This document shows, piece by piece, positions 51,715 to 64,000 of a stretch of 64,000 bases of DNA. The position numbers and the translations under genes were made by a program. The stretch comes from Octopus sinensis (Eukaryota). Each line of letters opens with the position of its first letter. Position 1 is the stretch's first letter. Location: positions 34,906,001 to 34,970,000 of the forward strand of contig NC_043005.1 in NCBI RefSeq assembly GCF_006345805.1, read 5' to 3'. The notes below the pieces were generated by a model. The model ran no database searches and had not been told where the DNA came from. It was given only the letters and a program-made list of their open reading frames with translations.

Positions 51715-52025
51715 GTTATCTTTTACTTGTCATTAAACTGCAGCCATGCTGTGGCACTGCCTTAAATGAATCGACCCCAGTACTTAATTTTAAGTATGGT
51801 ACTTATTCTATCAGTCTCTTTTGCCGGATGACTAAGTGATGGAGACATAAACACTAACACCAGTTATCAAGCGGTAGCAGGCAGACACAAAAACACGACG
51901 GGCTTCTTTTAGTTTTCATTTACCAAATCTTTTGGTTGGCCTGAGGCTATAGTTGAAGACACTTGCCCAAGTTACCATGTGGTGGGAATGAACCCAGAGC
52001 CATATAGTTGAGAAGTGGGCTTCTT
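51715..52025 (-). mobile_element. Composite tRNA-SINE
   Basis: Same module-plus-head layout as 18985-19370. Confidence 0.65.
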
Positions 52026-53071
52026 ACCACACAGCCATGCCTACATCTGCACTTGCTTAGGTTAATATATGGGCATGAAAGGTGTTTTAAATTTTGATAG
52101 AATTTGAAATTTAAGCCCAGTGTCTTGGATGGAAGCAAGTACTTTTGTAGGCAATTGATTAGACTTCCTGATTCAAAGATATGGTAGCATTTTAGTAATG
52201 GTGAGGCTCACTGTTATAGGCAATAGATTAGATATCTTGATTCAAAGTAGCACTTTAGTAATGGTACATCAAAAGAATTTTTGGCTGGAACAAAATTTAG
52301 AATTAGTTTGTGACAGTTTGCCTGTCAGTAAAAAAAATGCTATATAGATCAAATACAATGTTAGTGGTTTAAAAGCTAGATGTTCAACCTTTCTCCCATG
52401 GGCCCATTCAGTGCCAACTAATTAAAACCAAAAGTCTGAAGCACCAAATAAATAGATTCCGGTTTAGGCAGGAAGACAGCAATTTTTAGGGAAATGGTTC
52501 AGATTAGTTTACTCCAGTATTTCACTGGTATTTTATTTTCCCCAAAGACATAAAAGACAGTTAAACCTTGGTAAGATTGAACTCAGAGGTGGAACAAGTT
52601 GCAAGGCATATTTTTTTTCAACAGCTGATTCTGTCAGTTCACTACCTTAATTCAGGCTTAAATAATTCCTTCTATTGGCACAAGGCCTGAAATTTTGGGG
52701 GAGGGGCTGGTCAATTACATTGACCTCGGTGCTCAGCTAGTTCTTTTAGCAACTCTGAAAGAAGGAATAGCAAAATAAACACCTACAGAATTTGAACTCA
52801 ATTTAAAGATGGATGAAATGCCACAAAGAATTTTATCCAGCTTGCTGCCTTTTTAATAATGATACTACATTAGCCATATATGAAGAGTAAAAATGTTTTA
52901 ATGTCTACTTTTCCATGTTTGCACAGATCAGGTGAGACTATATAATGACTGTCGATGTAGTTTGGTTGTGAAAAATTTTTTATTGTGCTTGCAAATTTTT
53001 CTTAAATATACAAATGTTACTGTGACCCACCAAAGATTTTGTATGGTCCTATTTAGGTATCACTGGTTTAA

Positions 53072-53269
53072 CCTTTTAGTATGCTGATTATTCTGTCAAG
53101 TGTACTGCTTATTTCATATTGTTTTGAATTAATCAAGTGTTACCTTGTCACTTCAACATTTTAATGATTATTTTTAGAATGACATAGGGTAGATGGGAGA
53201 GGCCAGATTTAGCCAGTTTGAATATATGTGGAATAATTTGACTGGGTATGTTCAGTTTAAATGCTAGTG
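53072..53269. mobile_element. piggyBac-type MITE
   Basis: TTAA|ccttttagtatgc ... aatgctagtg|TTAA. Confidence 0.5.
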
Positions 53270-55789
53270 TTAAAGAATAGTATATCAATCTTAATTGTGG
53301 GTGATTGTTCTTAAATCTTGGAGAAATATTTACTATTTTAGAACTTCTTGTATAAGATTCTCAAGTTAGTCCCTTTATCATTAGTATCCCATCATTTGTT
53401 ACAACCTGGCTATGTCTCTGTATTGCTACACCAAGGAACATGTTCAAACAGTAGGAATATTAGTAGAATTTTGTTACTAACATCAATCCCTTCATAATTG
53501 ATTCCTTTGATCAAGTTAATTGTTCCAGACAATTAAAATTTGTAGAATTCAAGAATCTGTTCCAGGCATTACAAAATAAATAAAAATTGGCTAATAATCC
53601 CTTTTGGACATATTTGGAAGTGAATCGTTTGATCAATCTGATAGAGGATGGATTTCGGTATTTTGTTAGGTTTTAAATTTTTTTTATGGGTGGAGTAGTT
53701 ACAGATTTTAATTTTATATTGTAATTTTCATATTAAAAATATTGCTTTTTCCCAAACATATTTTCGAATTAGATATTGAGAGAGAAAGAAAATTTTTGCA
53801 TTTTTATGCAAATTTTCTTATGTAATGTTGGTTTGCTAAAGCAATTTAACACCTCCCCCTTCTACTCAGTCTTGGAGTGAGTCGCCTGATAAAGGAATTA
53901 ATTAGAGACCATTATTATGTCCACTAGTCTTTAATTGTGGAAATTGGGCATTGAACTCACCTTCCACTTTTGTCTTAATTACCCATAGTTAAACTTTGGA
54001 ATTCTCGACAATCTTTAATATTTGTTTTTTGTTCTTCTAGGTTTGTTAATCTCATAACAAAGTTGTAATTAATTTTCCGAAGTGGTGCTGCTTTGTTCAT
54101 TACTGAAGTCTCTTGCTTTTTTTTTTCTATTCTCTCCCTCCCCAAACACCACTAATGGGAATTTATGAAACTTAACGAATCTCTCCCATTAATATAGGGT
54201 GGAGTCATTAAATGTCTATCTCATAAACATTTATTGCTTTGTGTTTTGGTTGAATATTGTGTTTTTATCACGAAGTGAGATAGTACAAATGATTCATTTA
54301 AAGTACTTATAACTGATGGATCACTTGAATGAAAATCACCAAAAATCTGTTTCTTATAAATTAATTTTTGTTTTAGCTTTTAAAACTACTCTTCTGGTCT
54401 GAAGGGAATAAAAAAAAAAATGACTTTGACACTTTGGAGTGGACTTTGAGAAGTTAGATGGAAATTCTTTTCTAGTAATTAGGTATTATATAATGTATAA
54501 TCTTGAGATTCATTCTACTGTCATAAGGGCATCCAGCTGTAAAAATCATGCCAAAACTAACCTCACCTGTGCTAGTGCCATGTAAAAAGCACTGAGTCCA
54601 CTCTGTAGAGTGGTTGGTGTTAGGAAGGGCATCCAGCCATAAAATCCCTGCCAAAACAGTAGCCTATGGTAGTTTTTCTACCTGGCTGGCTCCTGTCCTA
54701 TCCATGCATGCATGAAAGATGGACATTAAATGACACACACACACACACACACACACACTCACTCGTTCTGCTCCCTTTGATTTTTATCTCAATTTTATAC
54801 TATGGTCCCATTGTCCACTTAAAATATTTTCAGGTATGGCTTTGTTAAGCTCATTTTGCAATCACATTCTTTCAGGTTCAGTCATACTGACACTGAGTGT
54901 CTTCTATGGCCCTGGTCTGATAGATGCTTTGTGTGAATTTGGTTGATGGCAACTGTGTGGATGTCTGTGCCCCATTCTTAACAATTACTGTTGGTTTATT
55001 TATATCCCCATTACTTAGCAGTTTGACAACAAACTGATGGAATAAACAGCCTTTAAATAATTAGAGTAAGTTTGATTGACCTTCAAGGTGGTGCTTCTGT
55101 GTGACCACAGTCCAAGGACTTAAATAAGTAAAAGGAAATTTAAATTGGTACAAAATTAAGGCAACTGGTCTTTTGAGTGATTTTAATCTGGTTATCAAAG
55201 ACTGGAATGCAGCTGCACTTGTAAACATTTTAGATTAATATACTGACATACTGAGTTTCATCTTTGACCATCTGAATGGTAACCTTGTTGTAATGGACTT
55301 TAGTTAAGGTAATGAGTTTACAAATGTTTTCTAGTTATAGTTTACTAGGAAAATAAGCTTTGAATTATTCTGGAAAATATTGTTTTTTCAATAAGAAAGG
55401 TGGTAATTGAGTAAAATATATAGGATGAGGAATTTTTAGTAATGTGTATTTGCTGTTTTTGTAGACAGTAATGGATTTGGTGTACCCCAATAATCCTTTG
55501 TAGTGTTGGGGCAACATTGCTTGAACACAAGATCAGTTGTGTTACCTGTCATTAATCCTTTTGCTACCTTATATTTCTTTAACTACACTGCCTTTGATTC
55601 AGGTTAATTGTGAAAATATTTATTAAAATAACTTAGTTAAGGTGTTGTTTGGAACATCAATTAACATGAAATTTTGATGGGAAATTTTTAAGTCACTTCA
55701 AAACAGGATGTTTGTATCATAAAGCTAGTGACAGTCTCAGGTGGGTTATCAAAAGGGTTAAACAAAATGCATTAGACCTTGTAAAACAT

Positions 55790-56098
55790 TTCTACACATA
55801 AAAAACACCATCCGAGCGTGGCCGTCTGCCAGCCTCGTCTGGCACCTGTGTCGGTGGCACATAAAAAACACCATCCGAGCGTGGCCGTTTGCCAGCCTCG
55901 TCTGGCACCTGTGTCGGTGGCACATAAAATCACCCACTACACTCTCGGAGTGGTTGGCGTTAGGAAGGGCATCCAGCTGTAGAAACACTGCCAGATCTGA
56001 CTGGACTGGTGCAGCTTTCGGGCTCCCCAGACCCCAGTTGAACCGTCCAACCCATGCTAGCATGGAAAGCGGACGTTAAATGATGATGATGATGATGT
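55790..56098 (+). mobile_element. Young SINE 3' module with two ~62-bp tandem units, ending in (ATG)n
   Basis: aaaaacaccatccgagcgtggccgt(c/t)tgccagcctcgtctggcacctgtgtcggtggcac twice, then ...gcatggaaagcggacgttaaatgatgatg. Confidence 0.8.
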
Positions 56099-58964
56099 GA
56101 AAGCATTGAAAATAAACTCCTTATTTTAAATGTCATGGTCTCATGACTTAAGAGAAATCCTTGTTGGCCTGATCAGATTAAGAAGCCTTTATAATCAAAA
56201 TGGAGGTAGAATTTGGTGGCCTTTCAATTTGTTTAATATTTCCTAATTTCAACTGTTTTACAAAATTTATCTTGAAAATCTGAAATAGCGAAATCAGCTC
56301 TTTATTCAAAATATCAAATTTAGGTAGTTTAACACATTTAAAATAATCTGCAGATTACAAATCAGTGACTAAATATATACCACCTAAGGTGTGGATGGAT
56401 ATGACTCATCACACAATAGTCATATAACAATGAAATATAATCTAAATGTCATTCAGTAGTTTTGTACTCAAGATTGCAAGATGGTGGTTTTGATTACCAA
56501 ATTGAGCATTGTACTGTGTTCTTGAGTGAAACACTTTTCATGCTGCTCTAATTCTCTCAGCTGTAAATGAGTAACCCAGAAACAAATGTCCCCTTCAGGA
56601 GGAATAATGAAACTATTCAGACTTGTCCTGTTGGAACCAGAGATCTTGGCCAATGGCAAGACTTCATGATTCTGTAGATTAGTGACTGAACCACCATAGG
56701 ATTTAATTCACCATAATTCTGCTGAATTGCACTGCTTTTTTTCCCTTTTCAATTAATATTGGAAATATTGAAGGATGTAAAAAAAAAAAATTGTCATAAT
56801 TAAACTAAAATGTAAATTAACATGGAATTTTGATTGAAAGCTTTTAGATCAGTTTAAGGCAGAAAGTTGTTATAGAAACAAGAGTGGTCTCAGGTGGATT
56901 GGTAATAGAAAGGTTAAGTAGAATGGCATAGTTGTGTAGTTAAGATGTTCACTTCTCAGCCACATGGTTTCAGGTTCACTCCCATTGTTTGGCACCTTGG
57001 GCAAGTGTTTTCTACTAAAGCCATTGTATGTGTGTGTGTGTGTGTGACTGTCTCTCTTTGTCTTGACATAATGTGGTGATAGTTGTAAACAAGTGTCGCC
57101 TTACAAGTTGTAGTATTCATTTCTAATCCTGTGGGAACATCTGACTAGGGAGAAGTATTATCTTGCTTTGAAACAGGTGATGGCTTGGCAGCAAGAACAT
57201 CCATTTGTAGAATATGTATCTCAATAAATTCTATCTAACCTATGAAAATTGAACATTAAAATGACAATTTTTTCCTGTTTTATGCACTCTCTCAAACATG
57301 GTGTTTGTTAAAATCTTTGCTATTAATTTATTATATATTCATGCATGTATGAACAAGTTACTGAATTTTAGCATTTCTGCATTAGTTTGTTACAAGTTTT
57401 CATTTGTGTATAAGAACTTAATGCATTATTTTATGGGGTTTTGGTTAGTGAAGTTGAAGCTGTTATCATTATTTTACTTACTATAATTGGGAATTTAAAA
57501 TCTAAGACAATATACAGAACTGTAGGAAGATCAATTCATAAGTTTGTGGTATAGTTTAAAGGGACAAGGAGTAGTAGTAGATACAGCTTACACATTGCTT
57601 ACAAATTAGATCAAACCTTAATATAAACTTTTATCATTGTATTTCATTTGGTGGGGGAGGTTAAATCTGTTTCATCCTATTAACTGATTATGATTTATCT
57701 TTGTTACACCTGTCAGTGTTTATTCTCCAGTTGTCTGGGTTGACAATTCTACATTTACTTATTGAGATATTAATATTGTATAGTCTATGCTACATTTTAG
57801 CTTTGAATTTTTAGTGTGCCTGTCTGAGACTAATTTTCAAGTGTTCTGTAATATAGTTTCTATTTTTAAAACCATTGCATCTTGCAAGTACTGTGTGGAA
57901 AACTAAAATCTTTTTAGAAAGAAAAGTGAAATACATAATCTCATGTTTTTGCCATCACAAGTGCTCATCTTCAGAGAATGGTTACAGATTCTTTGTGAGC
58001 ATGTACAACACAATATTTGTTTTGGCTTCACATATGTCCATCTTCAGAGATAATGGTTATTGATTCTGATTACAGCACAATTTAATATCAAAGAAGTTGA
58101 GACAAACTTGGATTATAAATTTTTGTATAGAACAGAATTTTCTAACCTCTACTCATTTGGTTTTAGAAATGACAATAGAAGTATCATTAATGAACTAAAT
58201 TGTAACCTCCAAGCAGCATAATTATTCTCTGTCCAAAACTTTTTTTCAAACCTTATTCAAATTGATTCTTGTATCTATTTTTACTGTGACTACACCATTT
58301 AATTTCAGTAAATACCTTTTAATTAGAGATTTGTATCACTATTGTTTTTAACTTGTTAAACAAAATGTCCTTGACTGATATATCTTAAGTTGTTCAGGCT
58401 TACTAAGTTACTTAACAATTATAGTGTAACTGTTTTGGTGTTTTTCAGCTTTGCAAGATAGGATTCATGACGCATTGGTTCAGAACAATACTTTTGCAAA
58501 ATGTGGCATATTGTCATTTAAAAACATGTGTGAGAGATAGTTTGTCCTCTCTCTTTCTCTCTCTCTCTGATATGAGGATGTTGATTCTGTATCAATGTGA
58601 GACATATATATTGGACATTAGATGATGATGGTATGTGTGTGTGTGTGTGACAGATATAATATAAAAGCCAAAACAAGGCAAATTATAAAAATATGTCGGT
58701 TTTCTGCTATTTCAATATTTCAAGGTTAGGAACCCTTCATCACTTTTCTCTTAAGATTTTCTGCTGGTGTCATAACCATGAAATACTGATAATTAAAGAA
58801 ATAGGATTCCTTCACAAGTCATAGATTCATGGAGCTGGTTTTTTTGGGGTAAATATATTATAACTCTTTCATTACCTTATTTCTACTGAAATGCACTGCT
58901 TTTCAATTTTGAAAATAATGCGAAATTTAGTAAAATAACTTTATTATTGAATGTCACTTAAACA

Positions 58965-59335
58965 TCTCCTTTACCATGCTTGCATGAGTCAGACAGAATT
59001 TCTTGAGGTAGATTTTCTATGGTCAGACACACTTCCTGTCACCAACCCTCACCTGTTTCCAAGAAAGGTAATATTTCCCCATGGTCAGACATGTTTTTTG
59101 TAGCATATTGGAAATGAATGACACTAATTGTATGACAAGGACACTCATTTACAACTATAATATGATGTCAAGTCAGACACAAACTGAGCTTCTTTCTGTT
59201 TCCATCTACTGAATCAACCTGCAAAGCTTTAGTCAGCCCAAGGCTGCAGTAGACATTTGCCCTAAGTGCAATGCAATGGGACTGAACCTGAAACCATATA
59301 GTTGGAAAACAATCTTAATTACACACCCACACCTG
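58965..59335 (-). mobile_element. Composite tRNA-SINE
   Basis: Same layout as 555-925 and 28860-29225. Confidence 0.6.
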
Positions 59336-61205
59336 CACCAGAATAGCATAATCCTATGATGATGAAGGCAATAACTGTATGACAAGCTTAATTGATCCGA
59401 TTAACTGAAGTCTTGTTCTCTTTTTATTTCCCCGCACATGTGGTTGGAATGGGTCTAGGAGAGTATTGGTTGAAACACCCAATCATTTGACATGATTTAA
59501 TAACATCAGTTCCTCTTGATTAAAGCTAGTCACACACACAGAAAAGAGCAGCAGCTTTTAGATGTAATCAGTCTCAAAGTTCAGCAACATGACCTTTTTA
59601 ATCCGTTATTTACTATAGCCAGCCTCTATCAAAACATTACTTAACATCAAATGGACAACTCTGTTGGGCTTATGTCCACACACTAATTTCTTTAGATATT
59701 GCAGTTATATTGATATACTATAGATTCAGTAATGGTCAAATTATCTACTCTTGGATAACACTGCGTTAGCTGAAGCTTTTAACTTACTATGATTTTTAAA
59801 AAATCACTTGACTAGCACAATTAGTATTGTCATCTTCGGATGCGTTACTGAGAATGAAAGTTAGGTTTTCCTTACATTTGATAGAGGGTGTGTTTTGTTT
59901 TTTTATTTTTATAGACTATATTTTAAAATAATACACAATTACTATGATGTTGCACTTTATGAAAATAATAAGGAAGGAAAAAGTATCAAGTTAAAGTAGA
60001 TGAAAGGAAATAAATACAGAGTTGGCATTTCCTGTGAGACTTTGTCATGCTGGAAAACCTCACCCACCCTCAGAGGGAACCATTGGGCCTCACAATCAAA
60101 GCTGTGATACTTTTTGAAAAGCAATTAAGACACAATTTTCTCTCATGAATCTGAATTCTATTTCAAAATGATCTATTAGATACAAATTTGATCTGGCCAG
60201 GCTCTGGTTTGCTTTGCTAAACTGAATAGATTTGTGTCATCACATACTCTTTTTCATTTGACTTTTTCTTTGCCCATCCCTCTTGTACATTGTTACTGCC
60301 AGGAAATTGTTCAAAATACTAGGTTTTATTGTTGGTTCATCTCTTTTAATAGAATCTTGGTGTTAATACCAAGAATGTAGGTCTTTGAAATTGCCTCTTC
60401 TAATCTACCTTAGGACTCCTAAGTGATAATCTTTGATAAATTCTAAATCATTTCTACTGTATTTTTTATCTCAGCATTATTCCATTTTCATATTTAACCA
60501 TTTTTTTAAATTAGAAGTTCTTTATCTTTTTGAAATAAATTTGTGATTGTTTAGTAACTAAAACAATAATCAGCTTCTTGGAAATATTTAAACTTCTATT
60601 TTTAACTGAAAAACAGAATTTTTTTTTTGTCTCCTGTCTATTTGACACTGTCAGTTTAAATTGAGTTTTAACTTTTTTTTTTTTCAGAACTTCATTTTTT
60701 ACTGCTAAAAAATTCAGTTTTTACCTAAATTTGCTTTGATGTTCAAGTCCTTTTTGATTTAAAAAAGTGTCTGAGTTTATCAACTTAAATTACGTCAGTA
60801 TAGTATATAAAAAAAAGGGTTTAATAGAAACAAAACTTAAAATACAATCTGCATTGTAGTTGATATAATAAAGAAATTTATGTATTTGGTCTATTTAACA
60901 CAGCCGCACTGGTATGTAGAAGTTCTGCTATAGTGTCTCATGAGGCTTCTTCATTATTCTTGACATTCATTAAAAACTTAAGGCGGTTGCCTTGTTTTGT
61001 TTTTTTAAAACATTTTTCTTTGTTTTGGCCATTTTTCAGAGAAAAGTTAATTTGTGCTGTCTGTATTGGTTATCTTCTTTATGTATGAGATTAGTTACCT
61101 AAGACTATTTAATTTTCCACTTTAACCCTTTCGTTACTAACGTTAATTTTCCACGTTAAAATATTTCTTAGCTAGGAAGTTCTTTAGAATTTTTTTTTAT
61201 GTTAA

Positions 61206-61411
61206 CCTTTTAGCATTCAAACTGGCCATATCCTGCCTAAATATTTTACCTCCTTGATGTTCAAACCATCTAAATCTAGCCTCTTACACCTACCCTACAA
61301 TATCATTTTGAAAGGGTCCCATCACAAAAATCTCACAATTACAAAATGTGTGGCTAATTCAAAACTATGTAAATAAGCATTACATTTGACAGTATTCTGA
61401 ATACTAAAGGG
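61206..61411. mobile_element. piggyBac-type MITE with TTAA TSD
   Basis: TTAA|ccttttagcattca ... tgaatactaaaggg|TTAA. A related TTAA-ended family occurs near 50305, 55555, 56700, 61600 and 62520. Confidence 0.7.
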
Positions 61412-64000
61412 TTAATCATAGACTGAAAAGTTAGCAATTTTTATATCTTGCTAATAATAGAATTTCCTATTAAGTATTCAAGTCCTGTTCCAGAACAACA
61501 TTACACTTCTGATTAAAAGAAAGTTGTCCTTTGCAGTTTGAGTGCTTAATGTGAAGATTGGTATCTATCCTTAAAATGTTTGCTGTCATTTTTGAAACTG
61601 ATTTTTTAAGTCATTATGAAATAATGCATGGGAAAAATGTCTTTCTAGTTTTTACACAAATTTTCCACTTTTTAAATATTTTGACCCTGGCTAATTTCCT
61701 GCCCTAAAATTATCTAAATGGAAACCTTCCATCAAGAGTTTGTATGTTCCAAACACCAGATTTAAAAATGAAGTTATTTTACTAACTTCGTGATTTTCAA
61801 AATTAATTGAAATAAAGACAGTCAGTTTTAAACAAATACGGTAATAAAAGGATTAAATGTTCATATGGAGAAGTCGTTAAAATTTCTATAAAATTTATGC
61901 CAGATATTTCTATTTTGGTTGGTAATTTACTATCTGCTACTGAAGAACTGGCTTCTAGTTGGCAAGTTGTATATGGATCCTAATGCTCTAATACTTTAAA
62001 GCATAGGTACCTATTAACACCTTTTCTTTTACAGTAGACAAATGGCTTATTTTCAATACTCAGCCACTTAATGATCAATTACTCTAGATTTATTTTGGTT
62101 ACTTTCTAAATCCTCTTATTGCTGATTAATGTTTCATTTTCAATAGAAGAAGCCCAGTCTTTCTTTATCCAAATATTATCATAACTAAACTGCAAGTAGT
62201 AAAAGTATACTTATAATTATATTGTAATAACTATTGGATTTTTTTCTGTTTGATTACTCCACCCAAATGACTTCATATTTGATGTAACTGTTTCAGCATG
62301 TATATAAAGTTTTATTCTGCATTGACTCTTCAAGTACACCCTTAACTTTAGTCTAACTCCATCTTCGCCATCTTTAAGGGCTGATGAACAATATTGACTT
62401 CACCTTTAAGAACTGGTTTACAGTCATTAGATAAAACAAATGAATTTTATTACCATTATCATTTTCTTGCCATATTTCTGGTTGAAATTACATGTTTTGA
62501 TTAATTTTTAAAATTAACGAAGACTTTAAAATGTCATTAAGCTGGTGTTTGGAACATCAATTAACACAGAACTTTGGAAGATTTTTAGATCACTTTAAAA
62601 CAATGTATCATAGAACCAAGAGCAACCTGATGTAGGTTGATATCAAAGGGGGTTCTGCAGTGTTTAGCTAGGTTCGAGATTCTATAATTAAATTGTATCT
62701 CTGCCTTTCATTCTTTGAACTGATAAAACGTCTTGAGAACTGGGCCCAATTTAATCAACTACTCACTTACTATCCCTAGCTAACTTAGAATTCATTATTT
62801 TGAGAAGTGGTAGTTATGGATTAAATACCCTTGTTCTCAGTTCAAAATTCCATTCAAGTCAATTTTGGCTTTCATTCATCATGGATCAATGAAATAAGCT
62901 TAGGGATTTATTGCTTTGGGTTAATGAAATCCATTTAGATCTGAATGACAGTTTTGAAAAGCAAATTTAACTGTAAAGCTATTTACTACATAAGATAAAA
63001 CTGAAAGTCTACGTGCTCCAGCATGGCTGCAGTCAAGTGACTGAAAAAAGTAAAAGAAAATTCTGCTCATGCTCACAAGTTGCTTATTCAATTGTTTATT
63101 GTGGCCATTATCTTATAAGTTAAGTTTATACTGATGTTGAACTTCATAAAAACTTGGCTAATCTAAAACATCAGTTCATAAATACTTTTCATGTGGGTGT
63201 GGCTCAGACTTTGAAAAATGTTAAATTTATTTTTGCGAACTATTTCTAATAGAAGATATTGTCATCTTAATTTCTGAGAACTAAGGCAGGTTACTTCAGC
63301 TAACTTTTACAGCTTCAGCTTTCATCAGTGATTACTTTTCCCTACTGAAAATTGTTTTATCTAATTATTATCACTTCTGACACCACCCACATCAACAGGC
63401 TTTTAGGTTGGAGGAGGCAGGAAAGTTGAGAAATTGTTTATCTTCCTTTTCCTTTTAAAAATCCATCAACCATGTTTGGATTGCTATGAACTATGAAGCA
63501 AAATAATTTAAGGCCCCCATCTCAGACTATTCCTGTTAATGTTCACCAGCATAATGTACCCATATCTTTTCCTGTTGGTAAAACTTAGTTGCTTGAAAAA
63601 ATGAAATCTGAAACCATTTCCCTCCTTTCGTCCCACTCCCACCCGCCAAGCAAATTTCTAAGCTGTTACTATCCAATATGGCTGTTGTTAAATGGTTACA
63701 GTTAAGATTGCTATGAACAATATCTTCAGTCTACAGTTGTAAATGACTAAATTTCGATATTTTAAATGAGTATTTTGCATTTCTTACTGCCATCATTTAT
63801 AACGTTGTCTAGCTGCATTTTTTCTTCTTTCTCTCTCTCTTTATTGAATTCTTTTTCCCATGAAAAATAATGGTTTGAATGACTTTTTAAACTCCAATAT
63901 TCACATAAATTGTAGTTGTCCTTTCATTCCTTAATTCCTTAACATTAACCAGTCAGTTGTGAACTGAAACTAGAATGTTAGATTATTCAACATTTTAACC

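Noticed and set aside
58449-58540. Candidate futsch exon 2 after tttttcag (also tried acceptors near 45547, 50334 and 54040)
   Set aside because: None encodes the expected F/I-R-x-W-D continuation and all reach stops quickly; exon 2 probably lies beyond the window.
59356-59408. C/D-box snoRNA-like ATGATGA...CTGA
   Set aside because: No terminal stem and no rRNA-complementary guide that I can identify.

Overview
AT-rich, microsatellite-dense animal genomic DNA. The SINE/MITE families and (TA/CA)n load look to me like an octopus or other coleoid cephalopod; this is recognition from memory, not a database result. No prokaryotic features, CRISPR arrays, rRNA or true tRNA genes were found. The window is organised around a CpG-retaining divergent promoter at about 42.3-43.2 kb. 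On the + strand lies coding exon 1 of a MAP1/futsch-family gene (43072-43180), followed by more than 20 kb of intron with no recognisable exon 2. On the - strand a chain of small, phase-compatible candidate exons (42377 down to 1310) would encode an unidentified membrane protein with loose Slo/KCNT-channel-like features (low confidence). The introns hold a near-intact IR/DR Tc1 element (DD34E, one premature stop), Tigger, maT-like, mariner, Helitron, RTE and CR1/L2 relics, hAT/piggyBac/foldback MITEs and modular tRNA-SINEs. The most striking hidden signal is a set of minimal type I hammerhead ribozyme motifs of the Penelope-like-element kind. These include an inverted pair at 35.5-35.8 kb, where the + copy has a fully consensus core. 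All recognisable - strand copies in the left gene's introns (sense to it) carry core damage. Nearly all long ORFs in the supplied track are microsatellite artefacts.
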